From a bacterium (GTDB lineage Bacteria; Margulisbacteria; Marinamargulisbacteria; SXXA01; JAHFDB01), in contig JAHFDB010000001.1 of assembly GCA_023249195.1 (NCBI GenBank), positions 1 through 52,633 on the forward strand: a stretch of DNA of 52,633 bases. Reading direction: 5' to 3'. Below the pieces are notes generated by a model, which made no database searches, was not told where the DNA came from, and worked only from the letters and a program-made list of their open reading frames with translations. Both the position numbers and the translations under genes were made by a program. Position 1 is the first letter of the stretch. Each line of letters opens with the position of its first letter. Shown in pieces: positions 10,716 to 20,591 of this stretch.

Positions 10716-12777
10716 AACCCCTCTGCAATATGTGAAAGGAGTGGGGCCTAGGCTTGCGGAAAACCTGCGAAAACTACAGCTGTTTCAACTCAGTGATTTT
10801 CTTTATTTTTTTCCTAGAACCTACGATGATCGTCGCCAACTACCTCGCCTGATACACCTGAATTTGGGTGAAATTCAGTCCTGTGTGGGGACCGTTCAGC
10901 TGATTCAAGAGCAAAAAATTAAGACAGGAATGACCCTGACAAAAGCTGTTATTTTTGATTCGAGCACTCACATTGTGGCACTGTGGTTCAATCAGCCCTA
11001 TGTCAAAAAAAATCTTGTCCCTGGAACAGTGGTATGGATCAAAGGCAAGGTCGAAAAAAATCGCTATACGTCTGAAACAGAACTGAGCGTCATCGATTAT
11101 GAATGTGCGGACCCAGCCCATGCCGCCGACACACTCTCGATAGGCAAGGTGGTTCCCATATATCCCCTAACCTTTGGGGTTACTCAGTATAAAATGAGGA
11201 TAATAGCCAAAGACGCATTGGCAAAGTGCCTTCCTGAGGTGAGAGATCCCTTACCGACCGCGCTTATGCACCAACATCACCTTATCGATCTTAAAAAGGC
11301 CCTCTTGGCCATGCATTTACCCACAGAACGGGCGTCCTTTTTGGAAGCAAGGAAACGCTTGGTGTTTGATGAGTTTTTTTATTTCCAGCTTACACTCGCC
11401 CAAAAACGCTTAAAATGGCATAACCAAGCCCAGGCACCTCTGCTCAATACGGAAGGCCCCTTTATTTCGCGCTATGTGGATGCACTTCCCTACACGCTTA
11501 CATCGGCTCAAAAACAGGTTATTGCCCAAATTTATCAAGATGTCCAAAGCCCGCATGCCATGAACCGCCTCATTCAAGGAGATGTCGGCAGCGGAAAAAC
11601 CGAGGTGGCCATCGCGGCACTCTTGTGTGCCATAGAATCCGGAAAAAAAGGGGCGTTTATGGCCCCGACAGAAATTTTAGCGCAACAGCATGCCCTTAAA
11701 TTGCAGGCACAATTGTCTCCGCTAGGCATTGAATGTGTCTTGATCAAAGGCAAACAAAGCCCTCGCCAAAGAGCCCAAGCTTTAGCCGCTCTTCAAAACG
11801 AAAATCCTCACATTGTGGTTGGAACCCATGCGCTTATTGAAGACCCTGTTATTATTCCTCAATTGGGCCTTGTGGTTGTGGATGAACAGCATAAATTTGG
11901 GGTTGTTCAACGCTCAAAATTACAACAAAAGGGACAAAGTCCCCATTGCCTCTATCTTACCGCAACACCCATCCCTCGATCGTTCATGCTCACATGCTTC
12001 GGAGACCTTGATAAATCAATTATGAACGAAATACCCCCAGGACGTGTCCCTCCGGTCACCCACTTTGCGCCTGAAACTCGCCTGAACGCTGTCTATTTAC
12101 ACTGTGAATCTGAGCTCAAAAAAGGGCATCAAGTGTATATTGTATACCCCCTGGTCGAAGAGTCTGAAAAACTCGATTTAAAATCTGCGCAAGAAGGCCA
12201 TTTATTTCTTAAAACTACGGTTTTCTCTAAGTTTGAAGTGGGTCTTCTACATGGAAAAATGAAACCCAAAGAAAAAAAAGACACCATGTCCGCTTTTAAA
12301 GAAAATGCGTTTCAGGTATTGGTCTCAACAACGGTTATCGAAGTTGGAATTGATGTCCCAAATGCCACCGTTATGATTATTATGCATGCTGAACGATTTG
12401 GACTTGCACAACTCCACCAGCTGCGAGGCCGTATTGGACGAAGCACGCTGCCTTCGACATGTTTTCTAATATCGCCAAAAACGCTTACTAAAAACAACCC
12501 TCGCATTCAGGCCATGCTCTCTACCACAGATGGGTTCAAAATTGCCGAATACGACCTCAAAATTCGGGGGCCAGGGGATATGCTCGGAACACGGCAAGCC
12601 GGCCTTCCCGAATTCAAACTGGCCGACCTAGTCCGAGATGAATCTATCTTACTTTCCGCACGCAAGGCGGCATTTGGGGTTATTCGAGAGGATCCTGCAC
12701 TCAAGAAGCCCGAAAACAAAGGCGTAAAAGGAGCCTTAGAGAAAAGTAAAGGTACTGTGGAGGGGAAATTAAATTAA
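10705..12777 (+). CDS. recG: ATP-dependent DNA helicase RecG
   Basis: N-terminal wedge region ([12 protein letters not shown]), [15 protein letters not shown], and helicase C motifs (QLRGRIGR). Confidence 0.92.
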   Translation: MPSETPLQYVKGVGPRLAENLRKLQLFQLSDFLYFFPRTYDDRRQLPRLIHLNLGEIQSCVGTVQLIQEQKIKTGMTLTKAVIFDSSTHIVALWFNQPYVKKNLVPGTVVWIKGKVEKNRYTSETELSVIDYECADPAHAADTLSIGKVVPIYPLTFGVTQYKMRIIAKDALAKCLPEVRDPLPTALMHQHHLIDLKKALLAMHLPTERASFLEARKRLVFDEFFYFQLTLAQKRLKWHNQAQAPLLNTEGPFISRYVDALPYTLTSAQKQVIAQIYQDVQSPHAMNRLIQGDVGSGKTEVAIAALLCAIESGKKGAFMAPTEILAQQHALKLQAQLSPLGIECVLIKGKQSPRQRAQALAALQNENPHIVVGTHALIEDPVIIPQLGLVVVDEQHKFGVVQRSKLQQKGQSPHCLYLTATPIPRSFMLTCFGDLDKSIMNEIPPGRVPPVTHFAPETRLNAVYLHCESELKKGHQVYIVYPLVEESEKLDLKSAQEGHLFLKTTVFSKFEVGLLHGKMKPKEKKDTMSAFKENAFQVLVSTTVIEVGIDVPNATVMIIMHAERFGLAQLHQLRGRIGRSTLPSTCFLISPKTLTKNNPRIQAMLSTTDGFKIAEYDLKIRGPGDMLGTRQAGLPEFKLADLVRDESILLSARKAAFGVIREDPALKKPENKGVKGALEKSKGTVEGKLN

Positions 12778-14501
12778 TGTCTCTGTTGCGTCTGAAGAAC
12801 AACCAAATGGGCATAATTCCCATTTTTCTCGATCAATTCATCGTGGCTGCCCATCTCTACAATTTTACCCTTATCTAATACCACAATTTTATGTGCATGC
12901 CTGATTGTTGAAAGCCGATGCGCAATAACAAAGGTTGTTCTGTTTTTCATAAGGGCTACCAAGGCATCTTGAACCAATTGTTCCGACTTGGAATCTAAGG
13001 CAGAGGTGGCCTCATCTAAAATCAAAATTCGGGGGTTTCTTAAAATCGCCCTCGCAATAGAAAGTCGTTGTTTTTGACCTCCCGAGAGTTTTCGTCCCCG
13101 ATCCCCCACTACTGACCGCAGTTGCCGTGAAAGAGGCTCCACAAATTCCCAGGCATTGGCCATTTTTAAGGCTGTAATCACTTCCTCTTTGGTCGCATCG
13201 GGCTTGCCATAGCGAACATTGTCTAAAATGCTTCCACGGAACAGAACGTCCTCTTGGGGAACGATGCCCATGTGTGAACGCAGGGTATGGAGATTCATAG
13301 TTTTAATATCAATATCGTCGATGCAAATGGTCCCTTCCGTAGGGTCGTAAAATCTGGGAATCAAACTCACCAGCGTGCTTTTTCCTGCACCTGAAAGCCC
13401 CACTAAGGCAATGACTTCACCTTCTAAAACTTTGAGGTTAAAATCGCGAATGACCGCACCACCCGCCCCTTCATATTCAAATGTTACATGCTTAAATTCT
13501 ACTGTGCCTTTGATCCTTTCCGGAGAAATAGACATTGCCTCTGTCTGAATCTCAATAGGCAGGTCCATGACCTCAAAAACACGTTCCGTCGAAGCCATTG
13601 CCTGTTGTAAATTGGTGTAAACTTTTGACAAGGCCAAAACAGGATCGATTAAAAGCATAATCCCCGTAAAAAACGAGGCTAAATTTGCCCCGGACATGTG
13701 TCCGAGTGTCATTTCATATCCCCCGTACCAAACCACCAATCCAATCACCATAAATTGCAAAAACGAAATGAAAGGCTCTACTTTTGCCTTCACGCCAACC
13801 CCAATCATTGTGGTGTGGTAACTTCGCATGTTTTCTCGTTTGAAACGATCAATTTCATATTCTTCCATGGTGTTGGCTTGAACAGACTTCACATTCGAAA
13901 GAGTTTCTTGGGCAATGTGTGTGATATCCGCAGCTTTACGCTGGATGTTTCTAGCGTTGATTTTTAATTTCCCAGCAGCAAATCCGATAATGCCCACAAA
14001 CATAGGAATGGTCACAAGAGTGAACAACGTCAGCTTCCAATTCATAATGAACAGATAGCCGATGATGCCCAAGAATGTTAGCATTTGAGGTAAAGTTTCA
14101 GCAAAACTTTGAATAATGGCCTCTTTCATCTTATCGACATCAGAAAAGAGTCTCGATAAAAGATCACCTAGCTTCCATTCTGCATAAAACGACTGGGGTA
14201 ACTTTTGCAATTTGCGATATAGCTCCATGCGAATATCGATAGTAATGCGACAACTGATGCTGGTCATCACATACATTTGACCTTGTTGCGTCGCTAACCG
14301 AATCCCGTAAAGCAGAATCGCATTGATAATTTGATTGTTAATATGAAGCAGATTTTTATCAGCCAATTCATTCACAATATCTCGAGTCAACGGCAGAAAA
14401 AAAACATTGGCTGCAGTGAACAATAAAACAAGCACTATCGAAAAAATGAATGAAGGGATGTACGGTTTTATATACCGAAGAATTCTAAAATAGAGTGTCA
14501 T
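12774..14501 (-). CDS. ABC transporter permease/ATP-binding protein (MsbA-like exporter)
   Basis: Six-TM exporter domain plus [23 protein letters not shown] and [12 protein letters not shown]. The start was trimmed to the ATG at 14501 because the ORF-track start at 14588 reads through tRNA-Leu(CAA). Confidence 0.88.
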   Translation of the reverse strand: MTLYFRILRYIKPYIPSFIFSIVLVLLFTAANVFFLPLTRDIVNELADKNLLHINNQIINAILLYGIRLATQQGQMYVMTSISCRITIDIRMELYRKLQKLPQSFYAEWKLGDLLSRLFSDVDKMKEAIIQSFAETLPQMLTFLGIIGYLFIMNWKLTLFTLVTIPMFVGIIGFAAGKLKINARNIQRKAADITHIAQETLSNVKSVQANTMEEYEIDRFKRENMRSYHTTMIGVGVKAKVEPFISFLQFMVIGLVVWYGGYEMTLGHMSGANLASFFTGIMLLIDPVLALSKVYTNLQQAMASTERVFEVMDLPIEIQTEAMSISPERIKGTVEFKHVTFEYEGAGGAVIRDFNLKVLEGEVIALVGLSGAGKSTLVSLIPRFYDPTEGTICIDDIDIKTMNLHTLRSHMGIVPQEDVLFRGSILDNVRYGKPDATKEEVITALKMANAWEFVEPLSRQLRSVVGDRGRKLSGGQKQRLSIARAILRNPRILILDEATSALDSKSEQLVQDALVALMKNRTTFVIAHRLSTIRHAHKIVVLDKGKIVEMGSHDELIEKNGNYAHLVVLQTQQRH

Positions 14502-14507
14502 AAGTGT

Positions 14508-14594
14508 TGGTGCCGAAGGCCGGAATCGAACCGGCACGGAGTCGCCTCCACCGGTTTTTGAGACCGGCGCGTCTACCAATTCCGCCACCCCGGC
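14508..14594 (-). tRNA. tRNA-Leu (anticodon CAA), CCA encoded
   Basis: Reverse complement is GCCGGGGTGGCGGAATTGGTAGACGCGCCGGTCTCAAAAACCGG...GGTTCGATTCCGGCCTTCGGCACCA. It has a long variable arm and anticodon loop CTCAAAA. Confidence 0.9.
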
Positions 14595-14628
14595 AAGGGT
14601 TTATAATTGGAATGGTCATTATCTCATT

Positions 14629-15723
14629 TCACTCTGAACTACACAAGGCATCATATTCCTCGATATAAGAACAAATAATTTTTCCCCAGGTAAACTGTTC
14701 TTTCACAAAAGCAATGCCTGCCTGCCCTCGTTTAGTGAGTTCAATAGGATTAGAAAGTGCCGCTTTGAGAGTGTGGCTCAATGAGTCAGCGTCCACCTCG
14801 CTTCTATATCCCACGCCCCATTTTTCCACATCCCCAAACCGACAGCCCGCTGAGATGAGCACTGGCGTTCCTAAACTTAAAGCTTCAAGGATCACCATAC
14901 CAAATCCTTCTGCTCTTGAAGGTACTACAAGCAAAATTGCTTTTTGGATCAATGCTTGCTTCCCTTCTTTTACATGTCCCAAAAATTCAACTCGCCCTTT
15001 CAAACCCAATTTTTCACATTGCTCCTGGAGAGAGTGAAGCATCCCAAAATCTGAACCTGCTATTTTGAGTGTAAATTCAGATTTATACTTTGAAAAAGCC
15101 TCAATTAAAAGGTCAGGACCTTTCTCAGGATGCAGTCTTCCTAGGAATAACAGGTAGGGTTCTTTGGACAAGTGAGGGTTTATCTCAGGAGGGAAAATTC
15201 CGTTCTGAACAACTGAGACCCTCATGCTTTTGAGCAACAGAAGTCCAAAGGCCTTTTCTTCGTTATTGAGCACAAAAACCCGAGAGGCCCTTTGAAGAAA
15301 AGGGCCTTGCAAGAGTTTGAAAGCAAGGTGTTTCTTTTGAGATTTTCTTGAGAAATGTGTTAAAGAAAGCTCTCCGTGCGTACTCCACACATAGGGTTTC
15401 TTTTGAATCAAACATATTAGGGCCGCGATAATAGCAGGAAAATGCCACAATTCATGAATATGAACCACATCGGCTTTTTTAATCTCTTTCCAAAGGGGTC
15501 TTAGAATGCGTGGTGAAAAGGCTTTCCAAAAATAAGCAAGCCGACTTTCTTTGACACAGAGCGCCTCTTTAATGGTGCTTTCAAAAGCATATGCTTGATT
15601 TTCTGTGGTGATTAAACTGATGTGATATTTTTTACTTAATTCTACAGCCATTTGCTCGGCAACAACAAAAGGCCCTCCCCATTTTGAAGAAGCATTAAGT
15701 GTGACAAAAAGGATTTTTTTCAT
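14629..15723 (-). CDS. Glycosyltransferase family 4 (GT-B, GT1-type C-terminal domain)
   Basis: MKKILFVTLN start and the EGFGMVILEALSLGTPVLIS motif. The start was trimmed to the ATG at 15723. Confidence 0.8.
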   Translation of the reverse strand: MKKILFVTLNASSKWGGPFVVAEQMAVELSKKYHISLITTENQAYAFESTIKEALCVKESRLAYFWKAFSPRILRPLWKEIKKADVVHIHELWHFPAIIAALICLIQKKPYVWSTHGELSLTHFSRKSQKKHLAFKLLQGPFLQRASRVFVLNNEEKAFGLLLLKSMRVSVVQNGIFPPEINPHLSKEPYLLFLGRLHPEKGPDLLIEAFSKYKSEFTLKIAGSDFGMLHSLQEQCEKLGLKGRVEFLGHVKEGKQALIQKAILLVVPSRAEGFGMVILEALSLGTPVLISAGCRFGDVEKWGVGYRSEVDADSLSHTLKAALSNPIELTKRGQAGIAFVKEQFTWGKIICSYIEEYDALCSSE

Positions 15724-15903
15724 GGGTATAGAGGGTGATTCAGACACAAGCCAACTCCTTCTTCGATAATTCGCCTGTTGGGTGGAAACGCCCCTCAAGG
15801 AACCTTACTTTTAGTCTACCGCTAGTCTACCTCAAAAATGAGTCTGCGCATACTGGATAGGCCAGCATTGGAAAGGAGCGCCTTATTAGGGTATCCTTTA
15901 GGA

Positions 15904-16215
15904 ATGCAAAACATTGGCCTCATGATGACCTATAACGAAGACGATATTATTGAAGAAGTCATGATCGCCAATCAGAAACACTTCGATAAAATTTTGGTTT
16001 TAGATGGTTCGACAGATAGAACGGAAGACATTTTGCGAAGTTTTTCCAACGTTGTCTATGTGATTAAAGACCAAGACCTCTATCCCAGGCGCGTGATTGG
16101 GAATGGAGCGAGACAATTTCTGCTTGAGAAAGCTCAAGAGTGGTATGGACATGAAGACTGGAATACACCAAAGATTTCGAAGAGTTTGAACTCTCTAAGC
16201 GAACCCACTTTTTAA
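15904..16215 (+). pseudogene. Truncated GT2-like glycosyltransferase N-terminal remnant
   Basis: IGLMMTYNEDDIIEEVMIANQKHFDKILVLDGSTDRTEDIL is a GT2 N-terminal signature. The ORF stops after about 104 aa without a DxD/acceptor region. A second frame is open at 16155-16250. Confidence 0.4.
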
Positions 16216-16261
16216 TGCAATGGTTACGTTGGCATCAGTATAAAGCGTGAAAGGGACCCGC

Positions 16262-17032
16262 ATGTCTGCAGAATTTATCGCATTTTTGACAGAATTGGCC
16301 ACTCTGAGTGACCCCATTGCCATGCACTATTTCAACAGCACTACGCTTGAAATTAGAGAGAAACAAGATAAAACACTTGTCACACAGGCTGATTTAGAAA
16401 TTGAAACCGCCATTCGTACTTGCGTTAAAACACAACGGCCTTACTGGTCGATTTTAGGCGAAGAATTTGGAGACACCTGTCATTTTGAGTCTAAAATTAG
16501 ACTGATCATTGACCCTATCGATAGCACCCAAAATTTTCTTAGCCGAATTCCGATATTTGCGACTCTTTTGGCTATTGAAGAAAACGGGGAAATTGTCGCG
16601 GGCCTCGTTTCTGCACCTGCAACCCAGGAAAGATGGTGGGCGCAGAAAGGGAAGGGCTCTTTTTATAATGGCATAGGACAGCGGGTGTCACAGGTATCTG
16701 ATCTTTCTCAAGCACAGGCTTTTCATGGCAGTCTCTATGGTTCTGAAGCCACCCAAACCCCACCTGAGTTGCTTACCCTATTGTCCCAAACCCGGAGACA
16801 ACGCGGCATGGGTGATTACCTTGCCCATACACTGGTTGCTATGGGATGCGGAGATTTTGCTGTGGATTTTGGGCTAAAACCCTGGGATATCGCCCCTCTC
16901 AAAATCATTGTGGAAGAAGCGGGTGGAAAAGTGACCAATGCGGACGGAAATTTTTCCCTATACACCCATAGCATTGTCTCTAGCAACCGTGTTTTGCACC
17001 CTCACATTATTCACCGGTTATTGCCAGTTTAA
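16262..17032 (+). CDS. Inositol monophosphatase family protein (possibly histidinol-phosphatase HisN-type)
   Basis: LVTQADLEIE, ILGEEFG, DPIDSTQNF and WDIAP motifs. The ATG at 16262 is preceded by AAAGGGA. The ORF-track GTG at 16247 is less likely. Confidence 0.8.
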   Translation: MSAEFIAFLTELATLSDPIAMHYFNSTTLEIREKQDKTLVTQADLEIETAIRTCVKTQRPYWSILGEEFGDTCHFESKIRLIIDPIDSTQNFLSRIPIFATLLAIEENGEIVAGLVSAPATQERWWAQKGKGSFYNGIGQRVSQVSDLSQAQAFHGSLYGSEATQTPPELLTLLSQTRRQRGMGDYLAHTLVAMGCGDFAVDFGLKPWDIAPLKIIVEEAGGKVTNADGNFSLYTHSIVSSNRVLHPHIIHRLLPV

Positions 17033-17057
17033 GGCTGACAGTGTACTTTAATTACCT

Positions 17058-17510
17058 ATGGCAAAAGCATCGAAGTATAAAATATCTGAACATTTCTCAA
17101 GACGCGACTTTGTCTGTCGTTGTGGAAAATGTGACGAGTCTATCCGGTTAAGTCTTGGGCTTGTCGGTGGTCTTGAACTTTTGAGAAGCAAGGCCAGGAA
17201 TCGTGTCAATATTGTCAAAGGCTATGAATGTCCTGAAAGTTCAGAAAACTCCAGCAAGTTCAAACGCAATTTTCATACCATTGGGGTTGCGGCAGATGTT
17301 ACTGTTGATAAAAAAGATCTCAGGGAAGTCTTTTTGTTGGCAGAAGAAGTCCCTGAATTTAATGGGGTTGGCCTTGATTTAACAAGTGCTCACGTGCATG
17401 TCGACACCCGAAAAGATAAAAAAAGATCCCTCTGGGTCGTTGAAAACGGAATTCATATCGACCTGACTGAAGAAAACCGTCTCCATTATTTCCCCAGTAA
17501 GGCAAACTAG
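17058..17510 (+). CDS. Peptidase M15A / YcbK-like (DUF882-type) D-Ala-D-Ala carboxypeptidase-fold protein
   Basis: Contains FSRRDFVCRCGKC, HTIGVAADV and AHVHVDTR metal-ligand-type motifs. Confidence 0.65.
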   Translation: MAKASKYKISEHFSRRDFVCRCGKCDESIRLSLGLVGGLELLRSKARNRVNIVKGYECPESSENSSKFKRNFHTIGVAADVTVDKKDLREVFLLAEEVPEFNGVGLDLTSAHVHVDTRKDKKRSLWVVENGIHIDLTEENRLHYFPSKAN

Positions 17511-17511
17511 T

Positions 17512-18405
17512 TTGGACTATGCCCAGACTCAATTAAACTATTTTTTAGCGTTCCTTACCCGTCAAAAACACTATTCTATGCATACCATTACCAACTATCG
17601 CCGTGATATCGAGCGTTTTTTGGCCTTTTCCACAGAAGAAGGGACCCCCGACTTTTCTCTTCTCACCCATAGGACATGTCGCCAATACCTGGGTATTTTA
17701 GATCAAAGCGGCCTAAAACCCCGATCCATTGCCCGTGGGATTGCCGCATTAAGGTCTTTTTGGAATTATCTTATGACGACAGGGGAAGTCACCCAAAACC
17801 CCTGGGAATTTCTTATCCTTCCCAAATCACCGCACTCGCTTCCTCATTTTATGTGTGATGCCGAGATAGCACGCCTTTTTTCAGCCATTCCGATACACAC
17901 GCTTCAAGGAATACGAAACCGTACCCTGTGTGAGTGTTTATTTGGAATGGGAGTACGGGTCACTGAACTTATTCAAATTAACGTAGAAGATCTCGATCTA
18001 CATGACGCTCAGGTGAGAGTCATGGGCAAAGGCCAAAAAGAGCGTATTGCTTTATTCGGAGACAGCGCCAAAACCTTTTTAAAACGCTATTTAGAAGAAG
18101 CCCGACCCCAATGGGCCTTATCGAGCAAAGGGCCCTTGTTTGTTAATAAAAAGGGGCAACGGCTTACCGTCCGAACGGTCCAACGATTAATAGAGTCGCT
18201 GAGAAACTATTTAGACACCCCCAAGGCTATGACCCCCCATACCTTTCGTCATTCTTTTGCCTCTTCTCTGCTCAATGGAGGGGCAGATTTAAAAAGTGTT
18301 CAGGAACTTCTTGGCCACAGCAGTCTATCAACCACCCAACTTTATACCCACATTACCACTGCAAAGTTGCAAGAGAATTATAAAAAAGCACATCCGAGAT
18401 CTTGA
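17512..18405 (+). CDS. xerC: Tyrosine recombinase XerC/XerD family
   Basis: N-terminal SAM-like domain (TITNYRRDIERF). C-terminal RHSFAS..LLGHSSLSTTQLYTH with the catalytic Y. A TTG start is implied. Confidence 0.8.
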   Translation: MDYAQTQLNYFLAFLTRQKHYSMHTITNYRRDIERFLAFSTEEGTPDFSLLTHRTCRQYLGILDQSGLKPRSIARGIAALRSFWNYLMTTGEVTQNPWEFLILPKSPHSLPHFMCDAEIARLFSAIPIHTLQGIRNRTLCECLFGMGVRVTELIQINVEDLDLHDAQVRVMGKGQKERIALFGDSAKTFLKRYLEEARPQWALSSKGPLFVNKKGQRLTVRTVQRLIESLRNYLDTPKAMTPHTFRHSFASSLLNGGADLKSVQELLGHSSLSTTQLYTHITTAKLQENYKKAHPRS

Positions 18406-18424
18406 GCCGTTTTTGTCAGACTTT

Positions 18425-18994
18425 TCACTTTGTTTGAGTCAAAAAGTTTTTTAACAGGTCCTTTCCATAGTCTGTCAAAATAGACTCTGGGTGAAACTGA
18501 ACCCCTTCTAGGGGATAGCGTGTGTGGCGCATGCCCATAATGACACCGTCCGCTGTTTTGGCAGACACTTCAAACTCGGTTGGAACGGTATTAGGATCAA
18601 TCACCAAGGAATGATACCGTGTCGCGTTGAAAGGAGAGGGGATATTTTTAAAGACCGATTTCCCATCGTGAAAGACCGGCGAAACCTTGCCATGCATAAG
18701 CGTTGGGGCATGAACCACATGGGCGCCAAATACGTGACCTATCGCTTGATGCCCTAAGCATACGCCTAGTATAGGAATTTTTTGATAGAAATAACGAATC
18801 ACATCTTGGGTAATACCTGCATCTTCCGGACGCCCGGGACCTGGAGAAATAACAATTTGAGTAGGTGCCAAGGCTTCAATGTCGGACAGTGATAAAGTGT
18901 CATTTCGGTGCACCTGCAATTGGGCGCCCAATTCACCTAAATATTGGACCAAATTATAGGTAAAAGAATCGTAGTTATCGATCATTAGAAGCAT
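18425..18994 (-). CDS. trpG: Anthranilate (or aminodeoxychorismate) synthase component II, glutamine amidotransferase
   Basis: [19 protein letters not shown], the GVCLGHQ nucleophile elbow, and FHPES. Confidence 0.85.
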   Translation of the reverse strand: MLLMIDNYDSFTYNLVQYLGELGAQLQVHRNDTLSLSDIEALAPTQIVISPGPGRPEDAGITQDVIRYFYQKIPILGVCLGHQAIGHVFGAHVVHAPTLMHGKVSPVFHDGKSVFKNIPSPFNATRYHSLVIDPNTVPTEFEVSAKTADGVIMGMRHTRYPLEGVQFHPESILTDYGKDLLKNFLTQTK

Positions 18995-20349
18995 GCTTGC
19001 ACCATTCCTTTGGCTTTATTGATAGACTCTTCATATTCGGTTTTAGGGTCAGAATCTGCCACAATCCCTGCTCCGGCCTGGATCAGATAGTCACCTTTTT
19101 GGGCCAAAATTGTTCGAATAATAATGCACAAATCCATATTACCTCTCAAATCAAAATAACCCAGTGCCCCGCCATATAACCCCCTGTGTTCAGGCTCTAG
19201 TTCATCAATAATTTCAATTGCCCTCACTTTAGGCGTCCCACTGAGTGTTCCTGCAGGAAAGGTGGCTTTGAATAGATCAAAGGCATTTTTTCCCTTTTGA
19301 AGAGTTCCCTCAATATTACTGACCATATGAATCACATGAGAGTACATTTCACATTCCATAAGGTGTGTAGGTTTAATAGAATGATAGTCACACACACGGC
19401 CCAAGTCGTTTCGACCTAGGTCCACCAACATGACATGCTCGGCAACTTCTTTGGTGTCAGCTCGCAATTCGGCGCACAGTGCCTCTTCTTGTCCTTGAAT
19501 CCGGGGACGGGTACCTGCAATTGGGCGTAAAGTTGCTTTGTTCTCGGTTAACTTAACCAGCATTTCTGGGGAGGATCCAATCAACTGATAATCAGGAAAA
19601 TTAAAATAAAACATATAAGGAGACGGGTTAATCAATCGTAAATTACGATAAACTTCAAAGGGGGCTTTTTTCTGAGGAAGTCTGAATTTTTGCGAGAAGA
19701 CCAATTGAAAGGCATCTCCTTCATAAATAAACTGCTTGGCGTTGCGAACCCCCTCCTCAAACTCGTCCTGAGTCATATTTGAGTCGACAGCACCAAAATC
19801 GACGCTTTCAGAAGGTTTTATGGGCATTATGGGCAAAGACAAAGGCTGTTGCAGAGCCGCCTCTATGGAGTCGAGGCGGGCCTCTGCCGCCATTTTATCT
19901 TGATCGTCTGACAGGGTTAACAAAATCAATTTGCGTTGAGCATGGTCAAAAACAACCAAGGAACGTGGAAAAATAAAATGGGCCATAGGGACTGCCGTCT
20001 CAGGCTTTTTTCGGAAGAAAATAGGTTCAATTGTTTGAATGACTTCCCAAGAGAAAAAACCCACGGCCCCACCCGCAAGCGATGGGAGGTTTGGAAGAAG
20101 ATCAATGTGATATTGAGCCAACCGTTTTTGAAGTTCGTCTACGGGATGTGCGTCATTTTTTCCTGCGATATAGGTACAGAAAGGATCAAATCCAATAAAC
20201 GAATATCGGGCTACTTGCTCGCCTCCAGTTACACTTTCCAGCAAAAAACTATTGGGCTGATTGAGCTTGAGATAGGCCGAAACAGGTGTCTCTAAGTCGC
20301 CGTAAAATTCTCGGACAAAAGGGGTTAGATGAATAGGAAGTGGTGTCAT
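18985..20349 (-). CDS. trpE: Anthranilate synthase component I (PabB not excluded)
   Basis: [15 protein letters not shown] and [14 protein letters not shown] (Trp-site-like LLES motif), plus [10 protein letters not shown]. The start was trimmed to the ATG at 20349 because the track start reads through tRNA-Asp. Confidence 0.8.
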   Translation of the reverse strand: MTPLPIHLTPFVREFYGDLETPVSAYLKLNQPNSFLLESVTGGEQVARYSFIGFDPFCTYIAGKNDAHPVDELQKRLAQYHIDLLPNLPSLAGGAVGFFSWEVIQTIEPIFFRKKPETAVPMAHFIFPRSLVVFDHAQRKLILLTLSDDQDKMAAEARLDSIEAALQQPLSLPIMPIKPSESVDFGAVDSNMTQDEFEEGVRNAKQFIYEGDAFQLVFSQKFRLPQKKAPFEVYRNLRLINPSPYMFYFNFPDYQLIGSSPEMLVKLTENKATLRPIAGTRPRIQGQEEALCAELRADTKEVAEHVMLVDLGRNDLGRVCDYHSIKPTHLMECEMYSHVIHMVSNIEGTLQKGKNAFDLFKATFPAGTLSGTPKVRAIEIIDELEPEHRGLYGGALGYFDLRGNMDLCIIIRTILAQKGDYLIQAGAGIVADSDPKTEYEESINKAKGMVQACF

Positions 20350-20374
20350 AAACTTAGGGTAACCTTTTTTCGTT

Positions 20375-20451
20375 TGGCGGGGACGATGGGACTCGAACCC
20401 ACGACCTCCTACGTGACAGGCAGGCGTTCTAACCAACTGAACTACGCCCCC
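20375..20451 (-). tRNA. tRNA-Asp (anticodon GTC), CCA encoded
   Basis: Reverse complement is GGGGGCGTAGTTCAGTTGGTTAGAACGCCTGCCTGTCACGTAGGAGGTCGTGGGTTCGAGTCCCATCGTCCCCGCCA. Confidence 0.9.
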
Positions 20452-20551
20452 GCAAAGGATAAAAAGCTTGTGCAGTATATATGTGGCAGGCTGACTTCGT
20501 CAATGAGCCTAAACTTTGGCTACTGAGTCACCGACCCCTTACCTAAAAAAA

Positions 20552-20581
20552 TTGCAACGGCGCTCTTTTTTTTTCGATAAT
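20552..20581 (+). promoter_or_regulatory. Candidate promoter of the orphan gene at 20592
   Basis: TTGCAA (20552-20557), 18-nt T-rich spacer, GATAAT (20576-20581). Only 10 nt separate the -10 hexamer from the ATG and there is no SD. Confidence 0.35.
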
Positions 20582-20591
20582 ATACTACCTT

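Noticed and set aside
14502-14588. N-terminal extension of the ABC-transporter ORF (MAELVDAPVSKTGGGDSVPVRFRPSAPTL...)
   Set aside because: This stretch is the translation of tRNA-Leu(CAA) (14508-14594) on the same strand. The real start is the ATG at 14501.
17512-18405. Tyrosine recombinase considered as the integrase of a mobile element
   Set aside because: Its size and motifs fit chromosomal XerC/XerD. Both flanks are housekeeping genes (M15 peptidase, trpG), and there is no adjacent tRNA, repeat or cargo.
18425-20349. trpG-trpE considered as part of a tryptophan operon
   Set aside because: No trpD/C/F/B/A genes are adjacent. The pair could equally serve folate (PabA/PabB) synthesis, so the pathway cannot be assigned from this window.
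20350-20436. N-terminal extension of the trpE ORF (MVRTPACHVGGRGFESHRPRQ...)
   Set aside because: It reads through tRNA-Asp(GTC) (20375-20451). GRGFES is the translated T-arm (GGTTCGAGTCC). The real start is the ATG at 20349.
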